NCBI GenBank assembly: GCA_040954595.2
Contig: CM082578.2
Location: 11,849,166 to 11,913,165 of the forward strand
Direction of reading: 5' to 3'
DNA: 64,000 nt
Source of the DNA: Balanoglossus misakiensis
Taxonomy: Eukaryota; Animalia; Hemichordata
The notes beneath the pieces are model-generated. The model was not told the DNA's origin. It saw only the letters and a list, made by a program, of their open reading frames with translations, and searched no databases. Below, in pieces: positions 48,554-60,274 of this stretch. The position numbers and the translations under genes are program-made. Positions within the stretch are counted from its first letter, which is position 1. The number at the start of each line of letters is the position of its first letter.

Positions 48554-51500
48554 ATGCTTCGTGGTAGTGCTGTCCTGGTGGTTTTGCTCACGGGGCTGTC
48601 ATTGGCTGAAGTCAAGGTGACGTCACTCGCAGCGTCATGTCCATCGCCAACTTCATGCGACTGTCAGTTCTCAAGTGATAACGGTACCTTCACATCCCCT
48701 AACAACGACGAAGGGGTCTATGGTGACAGTCTGCACTGTTCATACAGAATCAGTATCGGAAAAAAAGGACACGCCATTAAGGTGAGAATTGGAATTTCTT
48801 TTATGCTTTCAATAAAACATTGGCCCAGTATTCATTGATAAACAATATCTAATACATGGTGAAAATATCAGAACAGCTCTATATGAAAATCAAACACACT
48901 GACATAGTGTTTTCTTTATATCATTTAATAAAACTGTTTTGGTACCTTTTTGTGAATATTTCAAGAAAATGAGAATATTTCAACACTGCTTTATCAAAAT
49001 TCTACATGTAAGGCCATGGAAAGAATAACCACGCACCGCATCTTGGTAGTCATCTACTTTAGGCGCTCTCTTCATGGTCCCCGGTTCTTGACGTCTGAAT
49101 CTCAATACAAATGATCGTTTGTATACATTTACATATTTCGTTCTCTTTCTGATCAAACACACAGCTCCAGTTCTTGTATTTCGACATCGAGGAAACGGCC
49201 GACTGCGCGAACGACTACATCAAAGTTTACGACGGAAAGGATGAAACTGCCAAACAGCTATCCCCAAAGATGTGCGGTTTCCTAATCCCTGACGTCATCT
49301 ACTCTTCCGGTCCCGATCTCTTTCTGCAATTTGTCACCGATAACGATAAGCATTTCCGAGGTTTTAAAGCAAACTACGAGAGCGTGGATTATCTTACACA
49401 AAGAAATTATTCTGGTGAGATTTCCAGTTTAAAGCTTCTTTTACAAAAATGACTTGGGTATATATTATTTGGGAAACCGTCTAACAGGTTATTATTATTT
49501 TTCAGTTTGTGGAGACTCTAGTGCAAGATCGGTGGGTGGCTTTATACATTCCCATCCTCAGTACCCTCATATTATGGAAAGACAACCGACATCTACTTGT
49601 GACTTGAACATTTACAGGCTGCCAGATTTCCGGACTCTACATATGATCTTCGTCGACGTGGATATCTATTCCAAAGGTGAGTCGCGTGTACATGCGCACG
49701 CACGAATAATATTTTTAAATCGTTTGTTATGACCTGCTTACGATGAATGTCTTTGCTTAACCATGAGTGCTGCGGCTCAATTCTTCTGTATTTATTTGGT
49801 CTGCACAGGACAATGTAAAGTTTGGCCTCCAACCGATACATGGTACATTGCAATAACCGATACACAAGGAACTGTACAAGAAATGGTATGCGATATGTTA
49901 TCCAATCACAATTACACCGAAGAGGTCGACTGCAAAATATTGTTTTCAATGAACCCGTATACGGTCGGAAATTCGGGCTTTTCTATTCGTTACTGGCAAT
50001 CATATGAAACAGGTAAGCTGCGTTTATTTTCATGTTATATTTTGCACCGTAACTTGTACATTGTAAGCTCATTGTTTCACACAGTTAACCTATACATAGT
50101 CAACTTTGTTTGTTTGTTTGTTTGTTTATATCGATCTTATTTTTATTTACCAGAGGGTGACGACTGCTACCCAAACTTCATGTGTGATAATAAAGTCTGC
50201 ATTGGAACCGACATGCAATGTGATGGTTTTGATAACTGTGGTGATTCCTCCGACGAAAGGCACTGTGGTAGGATAATGTTGATTATTTTGTCATATATGA
50301 TGTTGATCATAGTCAACGACGATTGTTTGTTTCTTATCTTCCGACCAACGTAAGATTTTTAAGGTTTTGTTTCTGACGTATCCACGAGTCTGAAAAGGCT
50401 GCCGTTTTTGCGCAACAGGTGCAGAAAAATTGTGTAATTATAAACTACATATACCGTGTTGTAATTTATTTCCTTATTTACTACTCTTGTTCAAAGGTTT
50501 CTGTGATTCGACCCCTTGTAAGAACGGTGCTACGTGCAAAGCTATACAAGGCGGGTACACTTGTCAGTGTGCTCCCGGTTACGAAGGAGAGAACTGTCAA
50601 ACAGGTGTGTGTTGGTATAATTATTTATGTTTGCCTTACAGTGGCTTTTTACGTGATTCTATTGTGCGGTTGGCTAATCACGCGTGACACAGTGCACACC
50701 ACTTAGTTTTTAGCTCGTGCGACATCGATTCGACCTGAAATAAAACAACTGCAGCTATATACACAAAGAAAGCTGAGCTGATTTATGGGATACTCGCAGT
50801 GCTGTGGATCGGAACGCTGTACCCTCACACACAGAACACAGAAGAGGGGGGGGGGGTAAAACAGAATTCACCCGCTCAACGGTATCTTGACATCTTTACA
50901 ACTTCTCGAATGTTTAAACTGTCCGTTTTGTCACTCTTTACCATAGAAATCGATGAGTGTGCTTCAGGACCATGTCAGAACGGCGGCACCTGTCTGGACT
51001 CCATCAACAAATATGAATGCAAATGCCCGCAGGATTACAAGGGTCAAAACTGCGAAAATTGTAAGTCTCTGTCTCCTTGCCATTCTTTATAGTCAAGTTG
51101 TTAAGGTTACAAAGATTACAATTGCTAGTAATTGAAACTTTTATATATCAGCAGATAATTCTGGAACAGACACGTGATTTTCTCGTATATTTCAGATGAG
51201 TGCTCCCGTCGATACAATTTGAACACGGGTCAAAACGCCACTATGACGTCACCCAACTATCCGGAGAAGTACGGCAATTACATTGAATGTACTTACGAAA
51301 TTAACACGGTGAACGGAAGTCTCATCAAGGTGAGAATTCTCACTTTGAAGTTTTACTTGTGATAATCTGGCCCACTAACTGTAACTTTAAGCTGATATGA
51401 ACTAAGTTTAGGGAGGACTGCATTTCGAATAATAGGTGTAAAAACAGAAATTTACCTGTACCCCCACCACTCACCGGCTTAATATTCAAACCAATCGCGT

Positions 51501-53936
51501 CTTTCTACTTTCAGCTAAATTTTTCAGCCTTTGAAATTCAGGAGACGACGAACTGTTCCGGAGACCGCCTTTTGGTGTACGACGGAAAGAATGGCGAGAC
51601 GCCGTTGATCGGTCAATTCTGTGGCAGTGCAATCACCAACATCATCGTTTCCTCGGGGCAAAGTTTGTACGCAGTGTTTCAAACCGACGGTAGTATAGGC
51701 TACTCTGGCTTCAAAGCAAATGTTACCGTGGTCAAAGATAGCAAAGACATTGATGTCACTAGGAAAACCTACTCTGGTAAGATTTAAGTCTCTAAATCAC
51801 GTCTTTGTCTAATAATCTTTAAAAGGGTCGTACGTAAAGCTATTGTTGATGGGCCATCATATTCTTGTTCACGCATGGATATAGGTAGACGCGGCGTACA
51901 GGGAGGGATACACTCTTAATGTCGATTTTGGCTAAATTTCAGACGAGTTGGTTTGTCTCATAATGGCACTTATCACAGGAAACATGTCTCGCTGATAAGA
52001 CTGGTCGACCAACCCAAACCAATCTTTTGAAATTTATGACATGTTCACGTGACGCTGTTTAGGCATTTAGTATGCGATTTTAAATGCGCATTCCTTTTTT
52101 GTCCCTCGCTTTCAGTTTGTGAAGACAACCAGATTAAGTCGTATGGTGGTTTTATTGTGTCGAATTTCGGATACATATATCCACATATGTACAACCATAC
52201 CCACAATGCCGTGTGCACTTTGTCGACGTCGACCAAATACGATTACACCGGGATATACCTGTCTGTAATGTCTCTTGATCTTTCGACTACGAGAATAGCA
52301 ACCCGTAAGTATTATTACCAAGGAGATAATATCATTTTGTCATCGAGCAATTGTCAAAATTGGGCGGAAAGAGGGAGGGGAGAGAACAAGGGAGGGAGAG
52401 AGCCAGAGACAGCGAGAGAGGAGAGTGAGAGAGGGGGAAGAGATGGGATGAGATGAGAGTGAGGAAGAGATGGGAGAGGGAAAGAGGGAGAGGAAGAGGG
52501 AGAAGGGACAGGGGGGAGACGGGGAGAGACAGACAGACAGACAGACGCAGGCAGATCACACTGTTCCTGTGCCTGCGCATGCTAATATACTTTCTTTCCG
52601 CCGTAGCAACTTGCTATGTAGAATCGAACGTACAGCGAAGAGGGGGAGACATGAATGACGGTCATAAACTGAAGCTGGATTCTTCTGAAGAGTGTTGTCA
52701 CCAGTGTCGTCGCACGCTAGGGTGTCGAGCATGGGCCTATGATAATACGTACGGACAGACCCAAGGAAACTGCTGGCTTAAAAACAAAGTACCGGAACCA
52801 GAAATATCCGAATCTTTCGACTCAGGTTGGTATACCATCGACGTTCTTGGACTTCAAACATACACACACACTTAAAATGTGCATCTGTCTTTACTCAGTA
52901 AAACATGTCCACAATAATAATCAACCTCTACACATTTTTTTTTCAAATAGGGATTGTTGATGATTGCGATGGATTCAAAGAAAAACTTCTGCTCTTCAGC
53001 CATGGCATGCTTCGCCAAGTCGTGTGTTCTCTGAAACCCGCGTCTGAACTCAATTTCACCATGGATGGCGATGTTGAAATAAAACTAGAGATGATGAACG
53101 ACCATAGTTTACAAGATCGAGGTTTCAAAGCTACATACTCCATGTTTTATCAAGGTAAGATGTAGTCTTGACGAGGCCGAAGAGGTCTGACGGTCATGGT
53201 TTGACGCTTACCTTCTTCATTCACTCTCTATGCCGCCTGTGAACCGAGAGTGGTTATGGCCATTTATACAGTATACATGTATAGCTTCACTGGTAAGACA
53301 GAAAAGAGTAAGTGCGTGTATTGATCTTTTTTGTGTCCTAGCTGAGGATGGTAAATGTCGCCATGGTGACCAAGACTTCCTGTGCAGCAATGGTAGATGT
53401 ATCCCGAGTTATCTAAAATGTGATGGAGAGGACCACTGTGGCGATATGTCCGATGAAAAACACTGCGAAGGTGTGTGTCTTAAATAATTAATATCACGAT
53501 CCACAAGAGAAAAAATAATGCTTATCCGAGATGACCGCCAGCTGTAATGGTTCCAGTGCATTGAAATCCTCTGAATTTATATCAGTATTATTGTGTGATT
53601 CAGCATTTTATGTTGCAAGTGCTGTTTTTGCTGTGTCGTGAATCTAAAGTGTCGTAATTTAACATCCTTTTCGTTTATACAGTGTCCAACAGCTCAAACC
53701 AGAACTCTACCATTGCTGCCGTAGTGGTCGTCGGCGTCGTCTTTGTTGTTGTCATTTCATTTGTCGTGTATCGCGGACGGAAAATGTTCAAAAATCCAAA
53801 GAAGACGGGGGAACTGCCGGTACAAGCAGAGACGATGTCCGGACATTCTATTCGAGGTGTCGATGGGATATCAGACGACTGCCGCGGTGAACAGGTTAGA
53901 GTACAGCCGCCCGTTATTCCAGACTATACACTTTAA
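48554..53936 (+). CDS. Type-I membrane protein: signal-CUB-CUB-LDLa-EGF-EGF(Ca)-CUB-CUB(with inserted PAN/Apple)-LDLa-TM-short tail
   Basis: Exons 48554-48781 and 49165-49414 (CUB1), 49506-49676 and 49809-50012 (CUB2), 50154-50267 (LDLa, [13 protein letters not shown]), 50497-50604 (EGF), 50947-51060 (cb[17 protein letters not shown]), 51196-51329 and 51515-51776 (CUB3), 52116-52304 (CUB4a), 52607-52825 (PAN), 52951-53154 (CUB4b), 53342-53470 (LDLa), 53683-53936 ([22 protein letters not shown] plus tail). Possible alternative last exon 54183-54236. Confidence 0.88.
52361..52548. repeat. Purine-rich (GA/GGA/GACA) low-complexity tract in the intron before the PAN exon
   Basis: About 190 nt almost entirely G/A on the + strand. 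Confidence 0.85.
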
Positions 53937-54358
53937 CGAACGTTTCAAACAATGCAAAAAAAACATATAAACGGTATTCTCACTCCTTTCAAAATTTAGA
54001 TCGGTCTATTTAAACAAAAAGTTGTAACTTTTGGGGTGCATCGATGATGCAGTTCGTAATACCGATCATTGTTTTCAATCATGAGAATATGAACTGAACT
54101 GTCTTGAGTGTGTCAATTATTATCCTGTAGTTGTAAGTTGTTTGCTCGTTAAAAATTCCCTCACTTTCTTTATTGTATATAGACACCACTGACGTCATCA
54201 TCCGACCAGACTCCAGCGCCGAACTTGGAAGCATGAGTTGAAGACGATACACACTTTTTTAAATATTTCTGCCATGAAAAACTATTGATTGGACTTGGTC
54301 CGTGCATTTATATGCACGCACGCACGCACGTGTGTGTAAGGACCATGAACTTTTTCTA

Positions 54359-54443
54359 TGCGTGTGTTAGTCTCGGTTACCCAGACGCCTTTGCTTCATC
54401 GGAAGAAGCAAAGGCGTCTGGGTAACCGAGACTATGCGTGTGT
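54359..54443. mobile_element. 67-bp perfect hairpin mini-transposon (54368-54434) with 9-bp target site duplication
   Basis: TAGTCTCGGTTACCCAGACGCCTTTGCTTC-atcggaa-GAAGCAAAGGCGTCTGGGTAACCGAGACTA (30-bp stem), flanked by TGCGTGTGT on both sides. Confidence 0.9.
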
Positions 54444-56563
54444 GTGTGTTGAGCGACTCATAGCAGACACACATGAATCACTGATTTTTAAAACTCGTGT
54501 GCAATTGTTTTTTAATAATCATAATTAATTACTTTTAATTGTGTGACCCAAAAGTGCATTATATGCAAGTGCAAAAAGTGTGAGAAACTTTATAATATCA
54601 CTGGCGTAAGTGACGTAGCTGTATAGAAATACGGATGTCAACAAAGATATTGTTAACGAACATGCTTTTCGGGGAAGGGGTAGATTTACTCAGGTCTACA
54701 TGTTTCACACACAAGCCTCAAGCAAAATACTAGGCATTGCAGCAGAATACAAAGTTAGAACAAGACGACTTTTATTTGGTACATACACAGAACCGGACAA
54801 ATTATGAAAAAAATAAGAATAAAAGTATACCACGTACTATAAACTGCTACTACACCTTCATTCTGGAGTTCTCTGTAGCAAATATAGCAAAGGGTAAAGG
54901 TCACTGAGTCTCAACACACAAAGATCAATAAATTACAAGTCACAGATCATTTCTGGCGACTGAATATAGAGCAGCTCACATTCAAATGGTAAAAAGTGCA
55001 CCTGGAGATTATGAAATCAAAAAAAGGTTAGTGTAAGATGTGACCTGTTTTTTAACAAAATATTTTTTTCCTTTCTGAAAAATACAGTAATTTTAATAAT
55101 ATCATCTACCACTACAAAACTACCAGAACCCAAGAATTTCATGTGCCAGTACAAATTTGTCTTCTTAAATAGTCTTGGACAAAATAATTAGATTACCCAT
55201 TAGCAAAGCTATCGTGATTGCAGTGAAACATATGGTGTAGTGTGGCGAGGTGTAATGTGATGCTGTATGGCAATAATGTGGTGTGATGATGGTACAGTGT
55301 GGTGTGGAGGTGGAGTGTGGTGGTTTTCTTTTCTCCTTGGCTTTTCATCCAGAATTCTGTATTAAAAATGGCCGGCATTATGCATGTATTGGATGATGAT
55401 TAAAATGTTACATTTTATACTGACGCCGAATACTAATGGTTGAATAATAGGAAAGGAGACCTAATAATGTACATACAGAGAAACCAATCCAAAAAGCAAC
55501 AACAGGCCAATTCAAGCCACCAAAGAAGTGCAGGAATTTCTTTGAACTCCGTAAAAAATTGCACACATCAACCAAAATGCTGTCTGAGTACATGAGCTGC
55601 CATCTGTAAATGTTCTTTTTTTTCAACCCACTGGATGGAGCAGCACGCATCAAAAAAGACCACATGGCGAATTTGTGGACAGAAAAAAAAATGTCGATCT
55701 TGCAAAAAAAATAAAAGCGGTCAATGGGCAGAACATTCAGTCAAACACAAGGCCACACGGAGCTTGGTTTCTGATGCGGACCATTCGACTTATACATGCA
55801 TGCATATATGGCCATCAAAAGTACTGATTGAGAGCAGTTGGCATTGCAAAGGAATTATCCCGAATTTTCAAGGAGTATGCAGTTGAAAATGTCATTTTCA
55901 AGGGGAGATTTTGTAGCAATTGTGCAATTCAAATAAGTATTACAGGACATCCTGGAAATGAATTTCACTTATTTTGAAGAACTTCATTTCCATAAATTCT
56001 CGACCTTTCCGGGAGTGTACAAGTGCTTGAAGTGGTTCAAGGAAAACTACTTCCAAGAAGCAAGTAAAATACCAGGCCACTTGATTTAATGTTGAGAAAA
56101 TTATCTGTAATCTTTTCTGCTGAAAGAAAAAAAAACAATACTGAAAACACACAACTCCACCAAGTATCAAAACATAATGCTAAAATATGCTCTGCATTTG
56201 TGACAGAGACTACTATTGTGGACATGGATGTTGTGTTCAGGATAGTTGTTGAAAAAGTGAGAAATCCACATTTCAAGGAAATTAACAGCTTTTACTGACT
56301 GGGTATCTGTGACTGCACTCAAGACAGCTCAAGAGAATGAGTGACTGTTCAGATTTTTTGAGTGAAAAAAAGAAAGTAAAAAAAGACAAGTAACAAAACA
56401 GTATGGAGCTTCAGTGTGGCACTGACGAAACACACTTGAAAATGGGCTGCCATCTTTTTCTTTAATTTGTTTCTTTAAATTTCACTTTACTTGATGAGAG
56501 TAATGATTCGATGCATTAACAATGTGGGGGAGGAGTTTGGGGTGGAGGGAGGGAGGGGTTTTT

Positions 56564-59500
56564 CTAGCTTTGATCCATGGGTTCTTCATCCTCCCTTTCC
56601 GGACACTTGTCTCCCTGTTCTACGCTCGTTTCACTCTCATCTTTGTCACTAGATTCAGACTTTGTCAGTTCATCGCTCGATGGAACTGATTGTTTCTCGC
56701 TATCCCCCTCCTCCACCCCTCCCAGTTCTGTTTGTGTCCTCTCCCCCTCTGTGACAGAGTCCCGGCTTTCTTCGCTTGGACTGGACTGGGATTGGTCGGA
56801 GATGCTGCTCTCCTCTTCCGATTGGTCGTTCGCGGCGTCGTTTCCTTCAGTTTTGTCCTCTGCCGCCGCGTCTTCTTCTGATTGGTTGTCCACCATGTGT
56901 TCCTCCTCTTCCTGGTCTCCTGATTGGTTGTCGTCCCCCCTTTCGTCTGATTGGACCTCTGATGTAACATCTGCTGTATCCGAGCACACTGATTGGATGA
57001 CCTCGTCTGAGCTTCCCGATTGGCTGACGCTATCTGGCGCAGCGGGGGGTTCCTGTGAGCCTTCATCGTACCTTGGTCTCTTGGGATCAGGCTCATCCTC
57101 CTCCTCATCTGCCTCAGCTTTCCCTTGGCTGGTTTTATCTAGAGGGCAAGGAGAAATGGCGTATATGAAATGCCGTGGGCTAATTAAACAGACAACCTTC
57201 AATGCTAACAATATAAGAAAAATCATGGGAATCACTGGTGTGCTCATACCTGTATCTCCTTGGGCGTCTGTATCCTCAGTCACTGTTGTGGACACCTCCG
57301 AGCTGGACTCCCTTTGGTCATCTTCACATTCTTCCATCGGTCGACTTTCTGCTTCTTTCCCGCTTCCCGGATCACTCGAAGAGACCTGCATGTTTTCCAC
57401 CTTTTCAGATTCCCCCTCGTCTTTGTCTTCTCCTGTACACTCTACAAGATTTCAGAAAACAGAGAAGGAATCACACTTTCATTTTTCATGAGTCTCGAAC
57501 AAACACAATCTATGAGTAGCACAGACATTCCATTGTTATGCTAGCACTGTGCTAGCCTTGGCAACATACAGACTTGAGAGACTCTTCTTACCTTTCTTCT
57601 CCACTGCCTCCGAGTCTGTGACGTCGTTCCGGGAGTCTTCTTGCATCTCGTCCGATTTCTTTGTCACATCCTCTCTACCCGTTATTTCACTGTCACTGCT
57701 GATAACCGCCCCTAAGTTAGTAACCTCCATTGACTCTGTTTCTTCCGAGTTCATTTCTTTGTCATTTTCACTGCTCGACTGGCTGGCCTGGGCCTCCCCG
57801 CCGTTGCTTGCCTGTGGGGGCGACTCATTTTCAGGCTCAGTTCTGGTTTGGGCAGTGACGGTGTTGGAGGAGATCCCATTGACCATGGCCGTTCCATTGG
57901 CTCTGTGTTCTGAGGTAGTAGTGTGTTGTGGGTGAGGCTGTACTGTGGTAACAACTAGAATATTCTGCAGTAATGACGGGAAAAAAATAATTAGCCAAAA
58001 CTTATCGTGCCAAAAAGGCCAGTCTTACAATACACAGGGGTTAGGCTGGGTCAATGTGTGGGCATTACCATAATTCATTTACAAGCAAGAATATCAAATT
58101 GCAATTTTCAGACTATTGCCACTTAATTGGCCATCATCTCCAGTCAATAAAGATATCACTAGATATATTACTTGGTGATATGATCTCAGTGATGAGCCAT
58201 TAAACTTTGATCTGCACCAGCATCGAGCCGAAGAACACTTTTATTCAGCTATTGAATTACAATTTATCAAGAAGATGTGGCACATACATAATGCATATAC
58301 TGCAGGGCATGCCATCATGGAAATTTTTCTGGGTTAAATTCTCTGGTGAAGCCTTGAACATGCCACAATAGTACACTCACTGACAACACAGAGTTCAGCG
58401 ACCACTGCTAATCTCAGGCCGATACCATACATGTACATGTGTTTTAAAAGCGTACACAGGGGTACTTCAAGGAGGATTAAAGATATCACTCTGACTCTAA
58501 GAAGGTCGCGTGAAGGTCGGGCAAAGTGTGTCGTCACACAGAGCAGCAACACACGACTCGACTCCCTACCTTTTCAATGCCTCTCATGAACTTGTCACTT
58601 CTGCTGTAGTACTTGGTTGGTTCGGTGACTAGTTCACATAGTCTCTGTATTGTAAACGGTGCACTGTAGTTTGAAAAGAAGAGAACAGAATGATGAGCAG
58701 TTGCACATAGGATATGTCGGACAAATGGAGCATCACACAGAGAGAGGGAACAAGAGAGAGCACTGTAGAGTAGAGGGGTTCCATCAAAAATAGCCATATG
58801 AAGCCATTCATTCTAACCACTGTGAATGAATGAATGAATGAATGAATGAATGAATGAATAGGCACATTAAAGGCACAGGATAAATGACAAAGGTAAAATT
58901 TTCTTTTTCCCCAACCTGTTGAACATTTCTAATGCTCTGAACAGCCTCTGTCTCATTTCTTCATTCTCTACATTTTCAACGTTAGGCAGGATTGGAATTT
59001 CTTCATTTGGGTTGGAGTCCACAAATTCTTGTATGGCGTGTTCGAGTTTGCAAATGAACAACTTCTTCAGCTTTGCCCATGGGAATCTGTAAAGAGGGGA
59101 AATAAACTGTCTGTCATTGAAGCTACATGTAGCAATCTGTCAAAATAAAATTTACCCCACTATCCTTTGTTGCTAGGTATAAACAATAGAGTTTTGGCTT
59201 TTTATTGAAGAAAACAATCAACAATGATTATGAGATTTTTTTTATATATCGGGTCTAATCTAATTTTGTCCTCAACTGCAAGCATATAAGTAGAGACAGT
59301 GACATTAAATGTCCGTGAAGCCAGACAAGAACAGTGTACATGGTAGGGCTTCTGTACTCTCTTTATATAAACAAAAATGGAAATGAGCACGTTGGAAATC
59401 ATGTGAGAGTTGGCATCAACATAGACAATCGATTCCATGATGATTCAAAGTAATGGGCGACAAAGTGACCCCGTTTGACTGACTTGCCACTGCCAGTGAT

Positions 59501-60204
59501 ACATGTGCAAATGTGTACAAACACAACTGTATCGAGGTCAATACACTCTGGGGGTAATCAGCTGTTGCGTCTATTGCAGGCCAGGACTCGTTTGCATCAC
59601 AGTGGCGACAGCGTGATTTCAGTTTGTCGGTTTTCGATGCTCGCCAAATCATGCAGGTTTACAAAACTCTAGGATTGCAAACTGAAGACCAGCAATATCA
59701 AATTTCAGCGTGCGCGAAACGAATCGGGGAAGTTCAAATGCAAGGGATTTCGATTGGGGGAATGTATGGGAAGGACAATCGCGCGCATCGTACGCGTTTG
59801 CGTCACAACATGGCGCGCTCACAATAATTTAGACGCGAGGTGTGTGGCAAACGCACGTCTTAGATTGGCCAGCAACGCGAATTTCGAAGTCACACATTCA
59901 CTAAAATTTCAGGAAAACAAGTAAATAACAGACATACGAAATCTAATGATAGTAAGTCCATTCAAAAGGTACACGCGTGCCTGCAACTCACCTTGTATCG
60001 CCAGTCTGAGCAATATCACACAAAAGCTTCTCCAAGTTCGGAGGGATATCCTTTCCGCCTTTCTTCTCAAAATCTGTCGGGAAAGTATTTTAGAACAATT
60101 TAGTACTCTTATATTAATCACTGGTGTCTCTCGATTTGAAATTACCTGATACGAGCGATAAACTAACCGTTTAATGCGTCCAAAACATTGTCCGGGTCTT
60201 CCAT
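56564..60204 (-). CDS. PPP4R2: Protein phosphatase 4 regulatory subunit 2
   Basis: Minus-strand exons 60204-60168, 60073-59992, 59086-58916, 58663-58570, 57964-57592, 57441-57250, 57138-56564. Motifs: [43 protein letters not shown], and a long acidic tail ending EEPMDQS*. An in-frame upstream ATG exists at 60243. Confidence 0.93.
58823..58858. repeat. (TGAA)n microsatellite in a PPP4R2 intron
   Basis: Directly visible run. Confidence 0.9.
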
Positions 60205-60235
60205 TCTCCCGGTTTCACTGTCAGCAGAGAGGGCC

Positions 60236-60274
60236 ACCAACATGGCGCCGGTGACGTCACACTACCTTATATGG
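60236..60274. promoter_or_regulatory. PPP4R2 proximal promoter cluster: YY1-like, CRE and CArG motifs
   Basis: CAACATGGCG (60238-60247), GTGACGTCAC (60251-60260) and CCTTATATGG (60265-60274), all within 40 bp upstream of the start codon region. Confidence 0.6.

Noticed and set aside
52332-52658. Arg/Gly/Glu-rich and Leu/Ser-rich ORFs
   Set aside because: They are translations of the intronic GA tract.
56577-57935. Long Ser-rich + strand ORFs (304 aa and 128 aa)
   Set aside because: They are antisense shadows of the acidic low-complexity PPP4R2 tail, with no independent gene signals.
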